A stretch of DNA of 64,000 bases from an uncultured Bacillota bacterium (GTDB taxonomy: Bacteria > Sysuimicrobiota > Sysuimicrobiia > Sysuimicrobiales > Segetimicrobiaceae). The DNA is taken from contig CAWDRG010000015.1 of assembly GCA_963804645.1 (NCBI GenBank), forward strand, positions 439,457 to 503,456. Direction: 5' to 3'. Every line of letters starts with the position of its first letter. Position 1 is the first letter of the stretch. The notes beneath the pieces are model-generated. The model did not search any database and was not told where the DNA came from. It was given only the letters and a program-made list of their open reading frames with translations. The translations under genes were made by a program, and so were the position numbers. Below, piece after piece: positions 10,092 to 20,321 of the stretch.

Positions 10092-11432
10092 ATGAAAGTG
10101 CCCGTTCCCAACCCCCCGTTGCCGGTTCTTGATCCTCAGGGGACCGATGCAGAGATGCTTGGGAGTTTGCAGCGCGCGACATTCGAATATTTTCTGAACG
10201 AAGTCAATCCGCAAACCGGGTTGATCGCAGATAAGACGCAACCGGGAGCACCTTCCAGCATCGCGGCGGTGGGCTTGGGCATCGGCGCCTATGTGGTCGG
10301 GGTTGAACGGGCATTCCTTTCACGCGCCGACGCGATCGAACGGATCCTAGCAATTTTTCGGTTCTTTGACTCCAGTCGCCAGGGACCAGAAGCCGATGCC
10401 ACGGGATACAAGGGATTCTATTACCACTTCCTCGATATGCAGACCGGCCGACGGGCCTGGCACAGTGAATTGTCAACGATTGATACCGCGATCTTAATGG
10501 CCGGAGTGCTCACCGCCCGAAGCTACTTTACCGGTGACAGCAAAGAAGAAACCGAGATTCGTGAACTTGCCGATCGTCTCTATCGCCGCGTTGACTGGAA
10601 CTGGGCGTTGGATAACGGGACGACTATTTGCCACGGGTGGAAGCCGGAGTCAGGTTTTCTCGCGTATCGATGGGATCGCGGCTATAGTGAGGCGCTAATT
10701 CTTTACACACTTGCGATCGGCTCGCCCACGTTTTCTGTCGATCCAGCAAGCTACCGAGCATGGACGTCTACGTTTGAATGGCGGAAGATCTACGGCGTCG
10801 AACAGCTCTACGCCGGACCCCTGTTTATTCATCAGATGTCCCATCTGTGGCTGGACTTTCGCGGCATCCATGACGATTTTAATCGAAAAACCGGAATTGA
10901 TTATTTCGAAAACAGCCGACGGGCCACATACGTGCAACGACAATATGGCATAGAAAACCCACTGGGTTTTGTCCACTACAGCAGAAATGCCTGGGGACTG
11001 ACCGCGAGCGATGGACCGGGCCCGGCGGTCCGGAAGATCCATGGGGTGCAACGAACATTCTATGACTACATCGCACGAGGCGCTCCGTTTGGCCCGGATG
11101 ATGGCACCATTTCACCATGGGCGGTTGTGGCATCTCTCCCGTTCGCACCTGAGATTGTGATCGACACGATTCGTCACGCGATCGAACGCCTCAATTTAAG
11201 AGACCCTCGGTTATATGGGTTTGATGCGAGCTATAATCCGACGTATCCGGAACGAGGCAGAAATCCGTACGGTTGGGTGTCGCCGTGGAGATTTGGCTTG
11301 AACCAAGGTCCGATTGTCCTCATGATCGAGAATTTTTACTCGGAGTGCATTTGGAAGATCATCCGGGAATGTCCGTACATCGTGGATGGCTTACGTCGCG
11401 CTGGCTTTCGCGACGGTTGGCTTGACAGTTAA
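10092..11432 (+). CDS. Glucoamylase-like family protein (DUF3131 / GH144 beta-1,2-glucanase-like)
   Basis: PSSIAAVGLG, GFYYHFLD, ELSTIDTA, HGWKPESGF, GPLFIHQMSH, DYFENSRRAT, WGLTASDGP, GLNQGPIVLMIEN. Confidence 0.88.
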   Translation: MKVPVPNPPLPVLDPQGTDAEMLGSLQRATFEYFLNEVNPQTGLIADKTQPGAPSSIAAVGLGIGAYVVGVERAFLSRADAIERILAIFRFFDSSRQGPEADATGYKGFYYHFLDMQTGRRAWHSELSTIDTAILMAGVLTARSYFTGDSKEETEIRELADRLYRRVDWNWALDNGTTICHGWKPESGFLAYRWDRGYSEALILYTLAIGSPTFSVDPASYRAWTSTFEWRKIYGVEQLYAGPLFIHQMSHLWLDFRGIHDDFNRKTGIDYFENSRRATYVQRQYGIENPLGFVHYSRNAWGLTASDGPGPAVRKIHGVQRTFYDYIARGAPFGPDDGTISPWAVVASLPFAPEIVIDTIRHAIERLNLRDPRLYGFDASYNPTYPERGRNPYGWVSPWRFGLNQGPIVLMIENFYSECIWKIIRECPYIVDGLRRAGFRDGWLDS

Positions 11433-11657
11433 GTTTAGAATACCGTTTTGGGTACGATCCGAAATCTCCGCTTTGGTTCTTGACGTGCATTCGGGTTGAT
11501 CCCACGGCAACACCCTTCGATAGCGGGAGAGACCGTATCCGGCGTGCGGGTCATTGCGATCGACTCCTTACCCGGGAACGGCGGCGGCCCCCTCAGCAAG
11601 ACGAGGCGCCCGCCCGAGGCTCAAGCGTCCTGAGTTGCGCTCCGAACGGACGGCGTT

Positions 11658-13169
11658 TTAGAAATAGACGACCTCAAGCCTGGGCGCCTTATACTGTGTC
11701 ATGCAGGCGGACGGGGTGACCGGCTTGAGTGCGGGGTTATCTCCCGCCACCCGGAGAATGAATCCGTCGTCGCCAGCATCGTGGTCGTTGGCCCAGGTCT
11801 GCACGATGGACGTGACGTCGGTCTTGATGGACGTCGCGGGGCCGTAGGCGAAGGACGCCTTTTGAGAGTGGTAGCCCCACGCGTTCAAGTTTGCCACGGT
11901 CCACCATTGTCCCGCGGCGGCGTCGGCTTCCGTTACGCACGAGTAACCGCTCGTGCGCGTGAACTTGCCGGACCGGATCACCACCGACGGACCAACGCCC
12001 ATCATCAAGGTCGCCGAGTACACGCGATGTCCGGAAAGCGGCCCCAGTGGAAATGCGACGCCGCTGAGCGAGTACGCGTCGGCGTTGTTATTCGTCGTAT
12101 TGTACGAGCCCAGCTTGCCGCAATCAAGAAATGAAAATGCCTGCGTGCTCGAGTGAATCTCGAAGGCGGCACCCAGCGCTCCCACTTCGAGGACGGAGCT
12201 TTGCCGGTTTACTGTCCAGTTACCGCCAGCTGTTGCGCCGCTCAGCCATGAAAAGTACGACGTAAACGTCGTGCCGAACAAGGTCTTCAAGCCAGTGAGG
12301 ATCTGGTTCGGATCGATATTGAGGCCGCAGGCGTTGTTATAGTTCTGCAGGCTCACGCTCCGCGTGGTCAGGGAGGACGACTGATTGGGCGTGAGCGTCT
12401 TGACCGTCGCCGTGGAGTCGCTGGTGGCGCAGAAGCGATCGCTGGGCCGGGATTCGAGCGTACCGGAATAGGCCTCGACCACATAGCAGCGCCCCGCAAA
12501 CGGTCCCTGTGACTTGGACAGCCCCACGAACCTGGCAGCTGCCCCGTTTGAAACGGTAGCGACGAGGGTGTGCTGGCCGCCGTCGACCCGATAGACCTTG
12601 TAGCCGTTGAGCGTCGTGGCATCGTCGTTCCACGCCAGCATGATCCCGCCGCTGCGGATCAGGCCATCGCAAATCAACGGACCGGCGATCGGCGGCGGGA
12701 CGGTACCGCACCCCTTCCTGCTCGTGATTTCGTGCACGTCGTGCGGCGCTGCAAGCGAGAAGCATGATACCTTGATGGACGCCTGCTTGACGGGCCCGCC
12801 AGGCTCGACCGCCGTTACCGCGATGTAGTCGTTGGGGCCGGTCAGCACCGGAACAGGGACGGCGTAGGTTGCTTTTGCCACTCCCGAAGCCGGCATCGTG
12901 GCCGTGACGGGCGTACCCAAGATGTCGGCAGGCGGCTTGCCGTTGAACGCCGTTGTGTACGTGACGGTGAGGGGCTGTCCGGGCGTTCCGTGGGCGGTCC
13001 CGGTGACGTGAACGGTGCCGGGGCATCGAACGTTCCGGTTATCCGTCGAGGTCAACGTGACCCTCGTAATTGCAGCCGAGGCCGGCTGCGCTATGGCAGC
13101 AACGCCGAGGGCGACGACGGCCGCCAAGCTGCACATGCGCCGCAGAGAAGGTTCCATCAAGGCCTCCAC
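11658..13169 (-). CDS. Secreted multidomain protein (signal peptide, FnIII-like segment, DNRLRE/CBM96-like C-terminus)
   Basis: Signal peptide ending ASA-A; LAWND...GYKVYRVD...CYVVEAY; DVTSIVQTW...GFILR...PRLEVVY; multiple Cys. Confidence 0.65.
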   Translation of the reverse strand: MEALMEPSLRRMCSLAAVVALGVAAIAQPASAAITRVTLTSTDNRNVRCPGTVHVTGTAHGTPGQPLTVTYTTAFNGKPPADILGTPVTATMPASGVAKATYAVPVPVLTGPNDYIAVTAVEPGGPVKQASIKVSCFSLAAPHDVHEITSRKGCGTVPPPIAGPLICDGLIRSGGIMLAWNDDATTLNGYKVYRVDGGQHTLVATVSNGAAARFVGLSKSQGPFAGRCYVVEAYSGTLESRPSDRFCATSDSTATVKTLTPNQSSSLTTRSVSLQNYNNACGLNIDPNQILTGLKTLFGTTFTSYFSWLSGATAGGNWTVNRQSSVLEVGALGAAFEIHSSTQAFSFLDCGKLGSYNTTNNNADAYSLSGVAFPLGPLSGHRVYSATLMMGVGPSVVIRSGKFTRTSGYSCVTEADAAAGQWWTVANLNAWGYHSQKASFAYGPATSIKTDVTSIVQTWANDHDAGDDGFILRVAGDNPALKPVTPSACMTQYKAPRLEVVYF

Positions 13170-13396
13170 CTGTGATTGAAGTCAAGTCGAAACGAGTGTT
13201 CGTCGTCGACTCATCGCGCCCTCCATTCCCCATGGTTGTTCAGGCGGGAGCGAGTGAGTGGTGAGGACACGTCTTCCCTTCGCGCGACTCGGGGATTGCG
13301 AGTTCCGCGCGGATGAACACCCGTGCGTATCCTCGTCGTGGACCTCTTCGGGGGCTGCGCTCAAACTGACAAGGTTGTCGGCGCACACCGCGAGCG

Positions 13397-13856
13397 CGTC
13401 CCGGTTTGTCACTTCCTCGGGGGTTTCCAGGAGCATCAGGGTATTGAGTGACGTGGTGGCTCGGTAGTAGGGGCGGCCGATCCGGCCTCTCGTAGGCTCA
13501 AGGCGTAACGGACCGAGGGTTCCTGAGGATCGGTCCGGACCGGCCGAGGTTTCGCTCGAGAATCTCTTTGAATTGACCGAGGCGTTGCTCGAGCCATTCC
13601 ACCGGTCGCGCTTGGAAGACTTTGTCCCGACTGTGGCGCAATCCGTGAAGGGTCGTTGAGCGAGGTCACTTTGCGTTCGGTGTCTTCCAGGGCCTGCGCG
13701 ACGCTGCGGCTGCCGCGGCCCTCGCCGATGAAATCGATAAAGTTCGCCAGCCGCCGTTCTTCGGCGTGGAGTTCGGTCTCCTTCAGCCGGATGGCGTCCG
13801 GGACATGCGCATACAGTTTGGCGACTTCCTCCTCAACACGCCGGAGGGTGTACTGG
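13397..13856 (-). pseudogene. Second copy of the LSR 3' fragment (direct repeat copy 2)
   Basis: QYTLRRVEEEVAKLYAHVPDAIRLKETELHAEERRLANFIDFIGEGRGS matches the copy at 2002-2467. Confidence 0.9.
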
Positions 13857-13926
13857 GGCACGGCCTCTTTTCCGCTCCCTTATAATGGGACAAGAATACG
13901 GTTGTGTTTTTGTGAGGTGAAGGGCC

Positions 13927-14981
13927 TTGGATGAATACATCGTGGGCCTCGGTGAGTCGTGCTCTGATTCCAGCAGCGGAATAGCATGGGGAACCTCACG
14001 CCCTCCGCTCGCCTCGGTCATCGTCGCAACGTACAATCGCGCGAAGGAACTTGGTGTGACGCTGGAAACGCTGCTCACACAAGAGACCGACTTCCCATAC
14101 GAAGTCATCGTTGTGGACAACAATTCGTCCGATGACACCAAGGCGCTGACCACTGGCCTGGAGCAGAGAGACGGGCGTGTCCACTATCTCTTTGCCCCAC
14201 GCCGGGACTGTCCAACGCTCGGAACGCCGGTGTCTCGGCCGCGCGTGGGGAGATACTTGTCTTTGCGGACGACGACATCACGGCCCCTCCTCATTGGCTC
14301 GCGGGGATCGTAGCGACGTACCGGAATCTTGATGACGCGTGGTGCGTCGGCGGAAAGATCGTGCTGGCGCTGCCAGAACGAGGACTTCCGGATTGGTTCG
14401 ATTCTCGATTAGGATGGGTTCTGTCGGGGCTTGACCTCGGTGACAAGGTGGTAAAGCGTCAGTATCCCAACGATGTCTGGGGAGCCAACTTTTCAGTGAA
14501 ACGCGACGCTTTGCGTAGGGTGGGCCTGTTCAACCCTAACCTCGGTTCCCGGGGGGAGCGGAAGATGGCCGCTGAGGAGACTGAATTAGTGTGGCGGATT
14601 CAGAGAGCAGGAGGCTCGGTCTACTATTGCGCCGATGCGGTGGTCATGCATCGGGTACCCAGTTCACGGTTCACGAAGAGATTCTTCCGGCGCACAGTTT
14701 ACTGGCGAGGCAGGGCGTATGGACTGCTGCGGTTCAACGACGCCCAGTACACTTGGCGCAGGTTGGTCGCTAGAGTGGCACTAGTCGTAAAGACTTGGAT
14801 CAGGTCGCGACTTCTCCTTGCTCGGGTGGACGACACACTTGCCTTTCACGAAGAACTTTTGCTGTGGTGGAACATCGGCCATGTTCATCAGCGCTTGTTA
14901 CGAGAACGATTGGGTCAAGCACCGGTCCTAAAAGAGGTACCCACCGCACCGGGAAGCGTCCAGCCTGGGGCAGCGATCTGA
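13927..14981 (+). CDS. GT2 glycosyltransferase, frameshift near 14200
   Basis: SVIVATYNR, EVIVVDNNSSDDT, FADDD, VGGKI, WGANFSVKRD. Confidence 0.85.
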
Positions 14982-14997
14982 GTTTGCATCAAGACCG

Positions 14998-15393
14998 ATG
15001 CTGACTTCCGTTCGTCGTTCGGTAATTGGGGAACTCAGGGCCGCAATGCAGGCGGTTGCCGACGTATTTGCATGGATCGCTCGTGAGCACGAAACTCAAG
15101 GGGCGGCCATTGAAGGGAAGTGGACCAACGACGGAGACGTCACCGCCGCCGCTGAGGGTCGGCTTCGCTCGCACTATTTGGGCCTCTATCTTCGGGTCGA
15201 CGGCAACGACGTGTCGGGCATTGTGCAGTCTCGCGCCCTCAACTCCGGAGCGACGCTACACAACGGGTTCCTCAAGGGACGGCGACAGTGGGGACGTATC
15301 TCCGCGTCCATGGTTCGACAAGAGCGGTTGGTCACCTACGGTCTTGCTGCGTTGCGCTTGCGCGGTCGCAAGCTGAAACGATTGCTTGAATAG
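14998..15393 (+). CDS. Hypothetical protein (possibly a fragment)
   Basis: 131-aa ORF with a beta-rich pattern; no family recognised. Confidence 0.3.
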   Translation: MLTSVRRSVIGELRAAMQAVADVFAWIAREHETQGAAIEGKWTNDGDVTAAAEGRLRSHYLGLYLRVDGNDVSGIVQSRALNSGATLHNGFLKGRRQWGRISASMVRQERLVTYGLAALRLRGRKLKRLLE

Positions 15394-15581
15394 CGCCTCG
15401 TGGACGGCACTGCAGATCACCGGCCCAAAGCGACGGTGCTGTGGAAATACGATCCCGATGCTGTCAGATGGGTGCAGGAAACGATCCCCGGCCTTACAGG
15501 TTTTCCCGCGCGCTTGTAGGTAGGCTGGAAAACCACAGTGAAGTTGCTTGGCCGCGAATGGACGCCCGAGGAGGCGGAACG

Positions 15582-15800
15582 TCAGCACCCCGCTTGGTAC
15601 GCTGCGCTGACCGATGAATGATCGCGCTCTGGCTCCACGTAACGAACGAGCTTCGCCTCGCAGAAGTCAAAAGGACGGGGGCCGAAGTGGATGATAGTGT
15701 CCTGGGATGGCCCCCAAGGGCTAGGAGGAAGAATGACAAACTTCGCCATCGCAGCCCTCAGGGGGTACAGCGCCTTGCGAGGCTGGAGTGAGCATGGCGA
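15582..15800 (-). pseudogene. Degenerate duplicate of the TylF methyltransferase 5' end
   Basis: KALYPLRAAMAKFVILPPSPWGPSQDTII matches KALYPLRATMGKFVILPTPSVPSQDTII of 15863-16642. Confidence 0.7.
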
Positions 15801-15862
15801 AAGCTTTGGGCGGAGGGCAGTGAGCCTGGACATCGATTCTAAGAGTCTTGCGGAAAGCAAGT

Positions 15863-16642
15863 TTAGCCTACGTCCCTTTTGGCCTTATTCACGATGAAAC
15901 TGTTTCGCCACGGCCCTTCCTTCTGGTAGTGGGTGGCAATCCATTCAGGATGGGATGCGAGCCATTCGCTCCACGCCCGCTGCTCTCCCATATTTGGGTT
16001 CCCGCGAAACGTGTACCAATCATCAAAGATGATAACGGTTCCATCTACTAGGAGCGGCGTGACGAAGGCCAACGCCAGCTTGGCCGATTCGTACAGATCC
16101 GAATCGATATGGACGATCGCGGCGTTTCGCAGATTGTGTTTTTGGATGGTGGCCTCGGTCAGGGTGTCAGCAAACCACCCAGGCACGATGATGGCACGAT
16201 CTCGCGGCACGCCCGCGCGCGTGATGTTCTCTTCGAATCCGCGCTGGGAGATCGTGAATTTCCCCTCAACGAAATCCCTCGACTGGGCATCGATCCCTGC
16301 GGAGGCGGGGAGACCCTGGAACGAATCAAACCCCACGAATCGGATCTGCTTCCAGAGTTCGCGCCGTTCCACAACATCCCGCGCCGTGTTCCAAGCGTCC
16401 AGGGTCGATGCATCTTGGAAGGCTCTCTGCATCGCATGAAATGCGGAGGCGAACGAGGCGCCGGTGTACACGCCGAACTCGAGGTAGTCCCCCACCACCT
16501 TCTCGGCCGCAATGAGCCGTGCGGCCTTGTAGATGATGGTATCTTGGGACGGCACCGAAGGGGTAGGAAGAATGACGAACTTCCCCATCGTAGCCCTCAG
16601 AGGGTACAGCGCCTTGAGAATGATCGATTTGACTCGTCTCAT
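15863..16642 (-). CDS. TylF/MycF/NovP-family O-methyltransferase
   Basis: GDYLEFGVYTG, FVGFDSFQGLP, VPGWFADTL, VHIDSDLYES, IFDDW. Confidence 0.9.
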   Translation of the reverse strand: MRRVKSIILKALYPLRATMGKFVILPTPSVPSQDTIIYKAARLIAAEKVVGDYLEFGVYTGASFASAFHAMQRAFQDASTLDAWNTARDVVERRELWKQIRFVGFDSFQGLPASAGIDAQSRDFVEGKFTISQRGFEENITRAGVPRDRAIIVPGWFADTLTEATIQKHNLRNAAIVHIDSDLYESAKLALAFVTPLLVDGTVIIFDDWYTFRGNPNMGEQRAWSEWLASHPEWIATHYQKEGPWRNSFIVNKAKRDVG

Positions 16643-17144
16643 CCGCGGACGGGCCCCCTTAGTTCCACGGCGGGTATCTCGAATTGGGCGTTCCGGCAGC
16701 TTCCGTGCGTATCATTTTGCGCTCAGGCAGAAACCCCCTTGTACCACCGTGGATGCCCGTCGAACCCATCCGCCGAGTCCGGCATCGGGGCGTCGCTCAT
16801 GCCGTCCATATCGCACGTGCCCGGTCCCAGTGGTCTTGGCTCGATCCTCGCGTCAGCCCCTTTCAGTCTGGCGGTTCGCCAGGCTGTTGTTCGTCGCCTT
16901 ATTCATATCCCCCAGGGAACCGGGCAAGGATCGGTGCGGGCAGGGCGTTGTCCAGACCCACGAGCAGCGTGTTCCCGCCGTCCAGCGTTGGCACGGGTGG
17001 TGGGCGTTCTCACATCGGCCCTCCCAAAGTCTCACCATTTCGGGGTCAGACGCCTTGAACGTTCGGCTCCCGCGGAGTACCATCGTGACAGGCCGCAGGC
17101 GTGTACCCGCGCGAGAACTGCCTGCCCGGGAAGGGAGCACACGC

Positions 17145-17513
17145 ATGGCAACGACTGCCGTCAAGGTTCAGGCCGTCGCCGCGAAGGGTGCGGCAGCCGC
17201 AGGCAATAACAACAACGCCCATATTCTGGTGGTGGTCACGGAGCCGGCCACCGGGGCCGGAGTGGTGACCCTGGCGCAGGCAGATTTCGCCGTGATCGAT
17301 CACTTTTCACTGCCCGGCCAAGCCTGCGGCTTCAGCAACAACATCACCGGCTTCAACAATGTTGGAACGGGCGCCTACCAGATCCTGGTGGCCACGCACT
17401 CGACCACGCCACCGCCGGGTGGGTGCAAATGGGTCGGCGGAAACTATCTCGGGCAAGTCATCGTGAAGACGGCGGCGGTGACGGGGCAAGCGGTGTTCGT
17501 GTTGTCGATCTAG
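17145..17513 (+). CDS. Hypothetical 122-aa beta-rich protein
   Basis: AAGGGAG RBS and ATG 17145; MATTAVKVQAVAA...QAVFVLSI; two Cys. Confidence 0.65.
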   Translation: MATTAVKVQAVAAKGAAAAGNNNNAHILVVVTEPATGAGVVTLAQADFAVIDHFSLPGQACGFSNNITGFNNVGTGAYQILVATHSTTPPPGGCKWVGGNYLGQVIVKTAAVTGQAVFVLSI

Positions 17514-17554
17514 TCCCAGCGCACCGAACCGGCGCGGACTGCCGGGTGAACGAC

Positions 17555-17598
17555 CGTACAAGATGCGGCGGCGGATGCCGGCGCATCTTGTACGTTTG
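17555..17598 (+). terminator. Strong hairpin / putative intrinsic terminator
   Basis: Perfect 13-bp inverted repeat CGTACAAGATGCG...CGCATCTTGTACG followed by TTT. Confidence 0.6.
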
Positions 17599-17627
17599 GG
17601 GCCGACGCGGATGGGCGGCCGTATCGC

Positions 17628-19696
17628 GTGTCCAGAGGGCACGCGCGATGGAAGGAGGTGGTGTCGGGAGGATTGAGCGCGTAGCCCGTAAGCTCGTCAC
17701 CGCCAGCGGGTGAAAGTCCCGTCCAGGTAATCGCCAGGGAGCCTGGTAGCAGGCTCCCTGGCGGCGTCAGGGGGAAACGCTTGACGCCGAAGCCCAGCGT
17801 CGGAAGCCTCACGGAGGTAGCAACCGAGCGGTCCGCAGCATGACGTGAAGTCTGCCGCGGCGTTAGACCAGCCCGAAAGGGACCAAGGGGGAGCCGAGCC
17901 CGGAATACCAGGGCGAAGGCCACGGAAGGCGTGGAGAGCCTGGAAATGCAGCGCCGAAGAACCCCCCGCCGTAAGGGGCGCGGAACGTTCGGACGGTGGT
18001 GACGGGAACTGGAGAGGCCCTCCCCGGCCCCGGGTCTGCGATCCGGGAGCAGCCAGTGCGTATAACCGCCAAACGGGAAGTCGCACTGAGCCGGGAGGGC
18101 GTCGGATGGGGCCATATTAGCGACGACCGGCGGGACAACATAACCCGCCCGAGCGAAGGGCCCCTGCTTCGTCCACGTTTGTGGGAGAGGGAGGAACTGG
18201 TGCATGGCCGTGAGGCCCAACAACACCCTCGATAAAGTTCGAGCCCTTCAACACAAACTGTACCGGACGGCCAAGCAGTCGCCGAATCGACGTTTCCACG
18301 CGCTGTATGACCGGGTCCATCGCAGGGACGTTCTCCGGCGCGCGTGGTTGGAGGTGCGCGCCAACCAGGGAGCACCGGGAATCGACGCCATCACCATCGC
18401 GGATATTGAGGCGGCCGGCGTAGAGGTGTTCCTTGACGACCTAGAGGCCAGCCTGCGCGACGGGACGTACCGTCCGCAGCCGCTGCGGCGCGTCTGGATT
18501 CCCAAACCGGGCAAGCCGGACAAGCTGCGTCCGCTTGGGATCGCGAACGTGCGGGACCGGGTGGTCCAGCAAGCGCTGAAGATCGTCATCGAACCGATCT
18601 TCGAGGCGGACTTTCTGCCCTGCTCGTACGGGTTTCGGCCCCGGCGAGACGCCCATCAAGCATTGCAAGCAATGCGGGAGGCAATTCGGGCAGGAAGGAC
18701 ATGGGTGGTGGATGCCGACATCGAGAGTTGCTTCGATCGACTTGCGCATGGCCGCATCCTGGAGTGTCTCCGGGAGCGGATCAGCGACCGGAAGGTCGTG
18801 GAGCTCATTCGGTGCATCCTGTCCGCCGGGATACTCGACAGCGGTACGCTGACGACCCCGACGGAGGGCTCTCCACAAGGTGGGCCGCTCTCGCCAGTCC
18901 TGGCTAACGTGGTCCTGCATCATTTGGACCGAGCCTGGATGACGGAGCACCAGCCGTTGGGAGTGCTCGTTCGCTACTGTGACGATCTTTGCATCTGCTG
19001 CTCAACTCGGGAGAAGGCTGAAGCCGCGAAGGCGGTTTTGGCAACAACCCTGGAAGAGCTGGGGCTGACATTGTCCGGCCCCAAGACGCAGATCGTTGGA
19101 GTCGCAAGCGGGAGCGCGGGATATGACTTTCTGGGTTTCCATCATCAGATGGTGCCCTCGCGGCGTAGACCGAGCTTTCGCTATCCGGCGTGCTGGCCGA
19201 GTGCCAAAGCCGTGCTCCGGTGCCGTTCTCGGATTCGGGAACTCACCGGGCGCAATCGTCGCCACGTCCCCACGCACACGGTTGTGGGCGACCTCAATCG
19301 TTTTCTCGGGGGATGGCGCGAGTACTATCGGTATGGCAACTCGACTCGTTGCTTCGCCAAGTTGGACCGGTATACGGTCGAACGAATGGCGTTGCTGCTC
19401 TCCAAACGACATGGACGGAACGGGCGGGGACGCGGCATGAAGTACATCATCATGTCCGGCAACCGCCTCAGTTTGCTCCGGTTGGTCGGAAGCGTTCGAT
19501 TCGAGCGGGGCGAAAACCGTCGGTGAAGGACGTCGGTGAGCCGAGTGACCGGAAAGGTCATGCTCGGATCGATGAGGAGGGGTTGGAAACGTGTGTCGCC
19601 CGGGACGAGGGCTGGAGGCTGCAAGCCACCGATGGAGGTGGACAGGCTGTACCCCTAATCGGCAGGGCGGCGCGGCGCGCCAACTCCTTACTCTAC
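17628..19696 (+). mobile_element. Group II intron (ribozyme plus RT/maturase ORF)
   Basis: 5' GTGTCC (boundary approximate). Domain V GAGCCGAGTGACCGGAAAGGTCATGCTCGGATC at 19538-19570. Domain VI closes with ...CCAACTCCTTACTCTAC, ending at 19696. Confidence 0.88.
18204..19526 (+). CDS. ltrA: Group II intron reverse transcriptase/maturase (no endonuclease domain)
   Basis: GAPGID, RRVWIPKPG, RPLGI..RDRVVQ, SYGFRP, DADIESCFD, GSPQGGPLSP, RYCDD, FLGF, domain X GWREYY. Confidence 0.95.
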   Translation: MAVRPNNTLDKVRALQHKLYRTAKQSPNRRFHALYDRVHRRDVLRRAWLEVRANQGAPGIDAITIADIEAAGVEVFLDDLEASLRDGTYRPQPLRRVWIPKPGKPDKLRPLGIANVRDRVVQQALKIVIEPIFEADFLPCSYGFRPRRDAHQALQAMREAIRAGRTWVVDADIESCFDRLAHGRILECLRERISDRKVVELIRCILSAGILDSGTLTTPTEGSPQGGPLSPVLANVVLHHLDRAWMTEHQPLGVLVRYCDDLCICCSTREKAEAAKAVLATTLEELGLTLSGPKTQIVGVASGSAGYDFLGFHHQMVPSRRRPSFRYPACWPSAKAVLRCRSRIRELTGRNRRHVPTHTVVGDLNRFLGGWREYYRYGNSTRCFAKLDRYTVERMALLLSKRHGRNGRGRGMKYIIMSGNRLSLLRLVGSVRFERGENRR

Positions 19697-19899
19697 TCCG
19701 GCGCGGGGCCTTATCACGCTGATCGATCACACGGAAATATTCCCCGGGAAGGTGTCACCAGCGCGGCCCGCGGTGCGACTGCGGGCCGGACGCGCTAGGC
19801 GTGGCGCCTTCGGTGGCCCCACGGCCGCGGAGGCGTAGCGATCGAGGCGTAGCGATCATTGATGTGTGCTACCTGGGCAAGATCATGGGGGAAGTGTCG

Positions 19900-20215
19900 A
19901 GCCCGAAAGCCACGACCGGTTTCACCTCCTCGGGCTACACTTCACGCGCGAGCAGGCGAAGTTTGTCGCGCTGAACGGCATCCGTGGCGGGCTTGTCATC
20001 ATGGCCGGATCCGGGATGGGCACGGGGGGACGAGTCCGCCATCACCTCGAGCACAACCTGGGGCGCGAGGAGTCAAGCGTGGTGTTCGTCGGGTACGCGG
20101 CCGAGGGGACCCTCGCGCGACAGATCATCCACGGCGCTGCCAAGGTGCATCTCTTCGGGGAGGAGATCCCGGTGCGCGCGCGTGTATACGATCAACGGGT
20201 TCTCCGCGCACGCCG
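19900..20215 (+). pseudogene. MBL-fold/beta-CASP ribonuclease C-terminal fragment, interrupted by IS21 (continues at 25814 to ~25900)
   Basis: IMAGSGMGTGGRVRHHL, VVFVGYAAEGTLAR, INGFSAHA|DRDELLPWH...TFLV; the SAHAD motif is split by the IS. Confidence 0.85.
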
Positions 20216-20321
20216 TGCGTATTCCGATGAATTCGTCCAGCAATTCCGGGGTTATTCGTCCACCGATTCCAATTTGAAATCGTCCACCCGTTCCAACGGA
20301 TTCCGACCAAGCCTCGGAGCG

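Noticed and set aside
18204..19526. RT as a retron, DGR or defence RT
   Set aside because: It has the group II maturase domain X and flanking domains V and VI; no template/variable repeat pair or msr-msd is seen.
19830..19857. 14-bp tandem duplication GAGGCGTAGCGATC x2
   Set aside because: Only two units and no associated element; probably a slippage or deletion scar.
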